38,824 nucleotides of DNA, from assembly GCF_001194135.2 (NCBI RefSeq), contig NC_069000.1:44698046-44736869 (forward strand). The letters are read 5' to 3'. This document shows, piece by piece, positions 37,713 through 38,824 of the stretch (position 1 is its first letter; each line of letters opens with the position of its first letter). The position numbers were made by a program, and so were the translations under genes. The notes under the pieces are model-generated. The model worked only from the letters and a program-made list of their open reading frames with translations. It ran no database searches and was not told the origin of the DNA. This DNA comes from Octopus bimaculoides (lineage: Eukaryota).

Positions 37713-37930
37713 GGAACACAGATATATTTTCCTTAAGGTGAGAGAATCATATTATTCACACACACACACACACACATATGAAATATGAGTGAAATAATAC
37801 AAAAAATGCATTAACTTACATGTAGAGCAGTCAGTACCAAGATAACCGGGTCTACATCTACATGTGTAAGAAACATCAGTGGTCATACAGCTTCCACCAT
37901 TGAGGCAAGGATTTGAGTAACAGAAGTCGA
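217..37930 (-). CDS. Partial multi-exon gene: >=23 EGF-like repeats + atypical C-type lectin domain + >=4 MEGF/laminin-EGF-like Cys repeats (predicted large extracellular protein; 5' and 3' ends outside window)
   Basis: 29 manually delimited exons, all AG/GT-bounded and phase 1-1, join into a stop-free 3678-nt frame. Joining of the three exons at 217-2638 to the rest (across a 5.6-kb intron containing an N gap) is inferred from phase compatibility only. Confidence 0.85.
1296..1478 (-). CDS. Linker + Cys-rich repeat exon B (183 nt)
   Basis: CAG/GTAAAT; [60 protein letters not shown]. Confidence 0.9.
2447..2638 (-). CDS. Linker + Cys-rich (MEGF/laminin-EGF-like) repeat exon A (192 nt)
   Basis: CAG/GTAAGT; [63 protein letters not shown]. 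Confidence 0.9.
5680..6500 (+). repeat. Two diverged ~270-320-bp direct copies (~5680-5945, ~6190-6500) flanking a SINE
   Basis: Shared TTCTGTTCTTATGATT...GAAGACTCC.TTCT...CATCAAAAGCATAAA...ACATTTTTATTTAA..CACAGC. Confidence 0.75.
5961..6180 (+). mobile_element. tRNA-headed SINE, family A (Deu/Nin-like central domain)
   Basis: B-box-like GAATTCAAATTC followed by GACTTTGCCTTTCATCCTTT.G.GGTC.ATAAATTAAGTACCAG; related copies + at ~13406-13601, ~14030-14325, ~16845-17050, ~27015-27230; - at ~10450-10550, ~35535-35665. Confidence 0.75.
7441..7521. repeat. 20-bp tandem repeat (GCAAGACAGGGCAAGGCAGC)~4
   Basis: Direct read. Confidence 0.85.
7828..8048. mobile_element. piggyBac-like MITE (221 bp)
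   Basis: TTAA|CCCTTTCGTTAC...GTAACGAAAGGG|TTAA: perfect 12-bp TIR with TTAA on both sides. Confidence 0.85.
8220..8366 (-). CDS. MEGF10/SCARF-type 8-Cys EGF-like repeat exon (147 nt; absent from ORF track)
   Basis: CAG/GTGAGA; [48 protein letters not shown]. Confidence 0.9.
8578..8880. repeat. Compound (CA)/(TA)/(CATA) microsatellite
   Basis: Low complexity; source of several spurious ORFs. Confidence 0.95.
8958..9179 (-). CDS. C-type lectin-like domain, C-terminal exon (222 nt)
   Basis: CAG/GTAAGT; [73 protein letters not shown]; WIGL-like WVGA, FEW, W..xP, terminal YICE. Confidence 0.88.
9426..9825 (-). mobile_element. SINE family B copy
   Basis: Reverse complement of the 28675 element (TTTCTTTCAGTTTCC.TCTA.CAAATCCACTCACAAGGCTTT). 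Confidence 0.7.
10145..10336 (-). CDS. C-type lectin-like domain, N-terminal exon (192 nt; absent from ORF track)
   Basis: TAG/GTAAGT; [63 protein letters not shown]; fits long-form CTLD start (CP..., xCYYL, A..xC, E..YV helix 2). Confidence 0.88.
11344..11454 (-). CDS. EGF exon 23 (111 nt; only EGF exon ending in G)
   Basis: CAG/GTGAGT; [36 protein letters not shown]. Confidence 0.95.
12310..13135. repeat. Diverged ~80-bp purine-rich tandem repeat (12310-12640, resuming ~13005-13135)
   Basis: Recurrent AGAATATGGTAAAA.AGAATATA.AGGAATGTAG unit. Confidence 0.75.
12825..12990 (+). mobile_element. RTE-like LINE 3' fragment
   Basis: [35 protein letters not shown] resembles the RTE C-terminal PRT.W.D...A.DR..W pattern. 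Confidence 0.55.
13174..13284 (-). CDS. EGF exon 22 (111 nt)
   Basis: CAG/GTGAGT; [36 protein letters not shown]. Confidence 0.95.
13406..13601 (+). mobile_element. SINE family A copy
   Basis: GGTGGTGAGCTGGCTGAATCGTTA...GACTTTGCATTTCATCCTTTTGGCGTCTATAAAATAAGTACCAG. Confidence 0.75.
13796..13906 (-). CDS. EGF exon 21 (111 nt)
   Basis: CAG/GTAAGT; [36 protein letters not shown]. Confidence 0.95.
14786..14896 (-). CDS. EGF exon 20 (111 nt)
   Basis: TAG/GTAAGT; [36 protein letters not shown]. Confidence 0.95.
15714..15824 (-). CDS. EGF exon 19 (111 nt)
   Basis: CAG/GTAAGT; [36 protein letters not shown]. Confidence 0.95.
16100..16590. repeat. Compound (TG)n-rich low-complexity tract
   Basis: Direct read. 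Confidence 0.95.
16627..16737 (-). CDS. EGF exon 18 (111 nt)
   Basis: CAG/GTAAGA; [36 protein letters not shown]. Confidence 0.95.
17180..17970 (+). mobile_element. Long composite SINE with internal tandem subrepeats and (GAT)n tail
   Basis: Family-B-like head, repeated GGTGGCAC.TAAAA.GCACC units, tail ATTAGGAAGGGCATCCAGCTGTAGAAAC...CCAACCCATGCCAGCATG...(GAT)n; same tail at ~3640-3890, ~20030-20315, ~22305-22490, ~25190-25350 (+) and ~33045-33200 (-). Confidence 0.7.
18219..18329 (-). CDS. EGF exon 17 (111 nt)
   Basis: CAG/GTAAGT; [36 protein letters not shown]. Confidence 0.95.
18975..19085 (-). CDS. EGF exon 16 (111 nt, 7 Cys)
   Basis: TAG/GTATGT; [36 protein letters not shown]. Confidence 0.95.
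19120..19690. repeat. Compound (TG)/(GA)/(GATA)/(GACA) microsatellite with N gap
   Basis: Direct read. Confidence 0.95.
20423..20533 (-). CDS. EGF exon 15 (111 nt)
   Basis: CAG/GTAAGT; [36 protein letters not shown]. Confidence 0.95.
20752..20949 (+). mobile_element. 5'-truncated R4/Dong-like (RLE) non-LTR retrotransposon fragment
   Basis: With two 1-nt frameshifts: [63 protein letters not shown]; abuts (TAA)n at 20691-20748. Confidence 0.7.
21170..21600. repeat. Diverged ~40-bp tandem repeat
   Basis: Recurrent GGTACTATAGG..GTCTTTGTTGATGTT motif. Confidence 0.65.
21720..21830 (-). CDS. EGF exon 14 (111 nt)
   Basis: CAG/GTGAGT; [36 protein letters not shown]. Confidence 0.95.
22758..22868 (-). 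CDS. EGF exon 13 (111 nt)
   Basis: CAG/GTAAGT; [36 protein letters not shown]. Confidence 0.95.
24397..24507 (-). CDS. EGF exon 12 (111 nt)
   Basis: CAG/GTAAGT; [36 protein letters not shown]. Confidence 0.95.
24927..25037 (-). CDS. EGF exon 11 (111 nt, 7 Cys)
   Basis: CAG/GTAAGT; [36 protein letters not shown]. Confidence 0.95.
25718..26606 (+). mobile_element. Internally deleted Tc1/mariner-superfamily DD37D (maT-like) DNA transposon relic
   Basis: Transposase remnant ~25930-26484: ...WQQDSAPC...[17 protein letters not shown]..., 37 residues between the last two Asp, two in-frame TGA. Imperfect 26-bp TIRs: CAGGATGCGATGGATAAATCGTCATC / revcomp CAGGGTGTGGTGAATATATTGTCATC. Confidence 0.9.
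26712..26822 (-). CDS. EGF exon 10 (111 nt)
   Basis: CAG/GTAAGT; [36 protein letters not shown]. Confidence 0.95.
27015..27230 (+). mobile_element. SINE family A copy
   Basis: Same head and central domain as the 5961 copy. Confidence 0.75.
27325..27754. mobile_element. hAT-type non-autonomous element (MITE)
   Basis: 8-bp TSD GATATATG at 27317-27324 and 27755-27762; imperfect TIR CAGGGCTGGATTAAG...CTTAATCCAG; partial second copy at ~34400-34578. Confidence 0.75.
27761..28157. mobile_element. TA-flanked MITE (Tc1/mariner-type)
   Basis: 24-bp TIR TGAGGAGCTTATTTTCAAAACCAG vs revcomp TGATGAGCTTACTTTCAAAACCAG (2 mismatches), TA on both sides. Confidence 0.8.
28353..28463 (-). CDS. EGF exon 9 (111 nt)
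   Basis: CAG/GTAAGT; [36 protein letters not shown]. Confidence 0.95.
28675..29025 (+). mobile_element. tRNA-headed SINE, family B (MIR/CORE-like CCTGGGCAAGTGACTT segment)
   Basis: A/B-box-like GGCTGTGTGGTAAG...GGGTTCAGTCCC; copies on - strand at ~1740-1960, ~4365-4602, ~9426-9825, ~38740-38824. Confidence 0.7.
29025..29465. repeat. Compound (GATA)/(GGTA)/(GACA)/(CA) microsatellite
   Basis: Direct read. Confidence 0.95.
29590..29700 (-). CDS. EGF exon 8 (111 nt, weak donor)
   Basis: CAG/GTTCGT; [36 protein letters not shown]. Confidence 0.9.
30060..30480 (-). mobile_element. RTE-clade LINE 3' fragment (decayed)
   Basis: Minus frame: [37 protein letters not shown], typical RTE C-terminal WAGH...W.P..KR..GRP..RW.D. 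Confidence 0.75.
30869..30979 (-). CDS. EGF exon 7 (111 nt)
   Basis: CAG/GTGAGT; [36 protein letters not shown]. Confidence 0.95.
32068..32178 (-). CDS. EGF exon 6 (111 nt)
   Basis: TAG/GTAAGT; [36 protein letters not shown]. Confidence 0.95.
32414..32882. mobile_element. Two adjacent copies of the same piggyBac-like MITE (32414-32635, 32667-32882), inverted relative to the 7828 copy
   Basis: Same internal sequence (ACATTTGTACT, GGAACATAAATTGT, AAAGAATTTAGTAAAATAA); TTAA flanks. Confidence 0.8.
33536..33646 (-). CDS. EGF exon 5 (111 nt)
   Basis: CAG/GTAAGT; [36 protein letters not shown]. Confidence 0.95.
33790..34145. repeat. Compound (GATA)/(GACA)/(GA) microsatellite
   Basis: Direct read. 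Confidence 0.95.
34214..34324 (-). CDS. EGF exon 4 (111 nt)
   Basis: CAG/GTAAGT; [36 protein letters not shown]. Confidence 0.95.
34400..34578. mobile_element. Partial copy of the hAT-type MITE at 27325
   Basis: Shared ATTTACCATTTCTG(T/C)GGTGC...TTAATCCAG end sequence. Confidence 0.7.
34975..35245. repeat. (GAT)/(AAC)/(GGT) trinucleotide tract
   Basis: Direct read. Confidence 0.9.
35282..35392 (-). CDS. EGF exon 3 (111 nt)
   Basis: CAG/GTGAGT; [36 protein letters not shown]. Confidence 0.95.
36613..36723 (-). CDS. EGF exon 2 (111 nt)
   Basis: CAG/GTAAGT; [36 protein letters not shown]. Confidence 0.95.
37820..37930 (-). CDS. EGF exon 1 (111 nt)
   Basis: CAG/GTAAGT; [36 protein letters not shown]. 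Confidence 0.95.
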
Positions 37931-38020
37931 CTGTGAAGCAATATAAAACCATCATTAATCATTAATCATAACAAAACAACAATGATGCACTTTGATGAAA
38001 CAAAAAAACAATGATTTGTA

Positions 38021-38233
38021 TCAGAAAAATTGAAACCGGTTCAGAAACATTGAAATCGGTTCAGAAACATTGAAACCGGTTCAGAAACATTGAAACCGGT
38101 TCAGAAACATTGAAACCGGTTCAGAAACATTGAAACCGGNNNNNNNNNNAACCGGTTCAGAAACATTGAAACCGGTTCAGAAACATTGAAACCGGTTCAG
38201 AAACATTGAAACCGGTTCAGAAACATTGAAACC
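38021..38233. repeat. 20-bp minisatellite TCAGAAACATTGAAACCGGT, ~10 visible copies interrupted by an N gap
   Basis: Direct read; one copy has a C>T change. Confidence 0.95.
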
Positions 38234-38474
38234 TTATAATATTCATCCTGTGTTCTGGCACCAATGCACCTAAAACCATTTTTTCCTTTTTTTTATTCCT
38301 TTCATGTCTATAACTTTTACGTCCTTCCATTGTACTACTTTATCTACCACATCCTTTTTCACCCCTTTCAATAAAGCGCAAACAAACCATGTGGGAAGGT
38401 CGTTTTGCAGTTTTTTGTGACTGTTGTTCTTTTTTCTTTTTTGTGTCAGAGTGGAATGGGTGGGTTTGGTGTCT

Positions 38475-38548
38475 GCCCCAGGAAACATTGTTTCCAGACA
38501 CAGAACACTTGTGTCACATAGCCAACTGGAAACAATGTTTCCTGGGGC
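38475..38548. repeat. Perfect 23-bp inverted repeat with 28-nt spacer
   Basis: GCCCCAGGAAACATTGTTTCCAG (38475-38497) / CTGGAAACAATGTTTCCTGGGGC (38526-38548). Confidence 0.95.
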
Positions 38549-38824
38549 TAAATAGCAGTAGCATTCTTCCCTTTCCTGGGACTTCCACATTAAGTTGGCA
38601 ACAAACCATCACTTTATCATGCTGCTACTGTATAAGTCTCTGTCTGAGAGATTTAGAAAATGCAATATTTCTAATTTCAAGGTTATTTTATTGAATTCTT
38701 CATTATTTAAAAAATTAATTGAAACATTCTTTTTTTCTTTCATTCTTTTACTTGTTTCAGCCATTTAACTGCGATCATGCTGGAGCACCACCTTAAAGGG
38801 TTTTTTAGTCGAAGAAATTGACAC

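Noticed and set aside
11344-37930. Calling the gene Notch, Jagged/Serrate, Crumbs, Eyes shut or fibropellin
   Set aside because: No Ca-binding EGF consensus and no LNR, DSL, laminin-G or avidin domains; the EGF array is followed by a CTLD. No gene symbol can be supported.
38021-38233. CRISPR-like array
   Set aside because: Head-to-tail tandem units with no unique spacers, in an animal intron.

Overview
Eukaryotic, AT-rich, repeat-dense DNA with assembly gaps. The SINE/MITE/microsatellite landscape resembles octopod cephalopod genomes (my inference; not verifiable here). The window is spanned by one large minus-strand multi-exon locus that the ORF track only partly shows. By hand I resolved 29 exons, all flanked by phase-1 AG/GT introns, that splice into one uninterrupted frame of 3678 nt (~1226 codons). 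In transcript order: 23 EGF-like domains, each on its own exon of exactly 111 nt (37930 to 11344); a two-exon atypical C-type lectin domain (10336-10145, 9179-8958); one MEGF/SCARF-type 8-Cys repeat (8366-8220); and three related Cys-rich repeats with short linkers (2638 to 217). No signal peptide, transmembrane segment or in-frame stop is visible, so the gene runs off both ends. Introns carry tRNA-headed SINEs, a DD37D (maT) mariner-like relic, hAT-, TA- and TTAA-type MITEs, RTE and R4/Dong-like LINE fragments, and mini/microsatellites. Most notable: a fully modular symmetric-exon EGF array with Notch-type O-glycosylation sequons but no Ca-binding consensus, and a splice-junction stop-codon gate in front of a non-canonical lectin domain.
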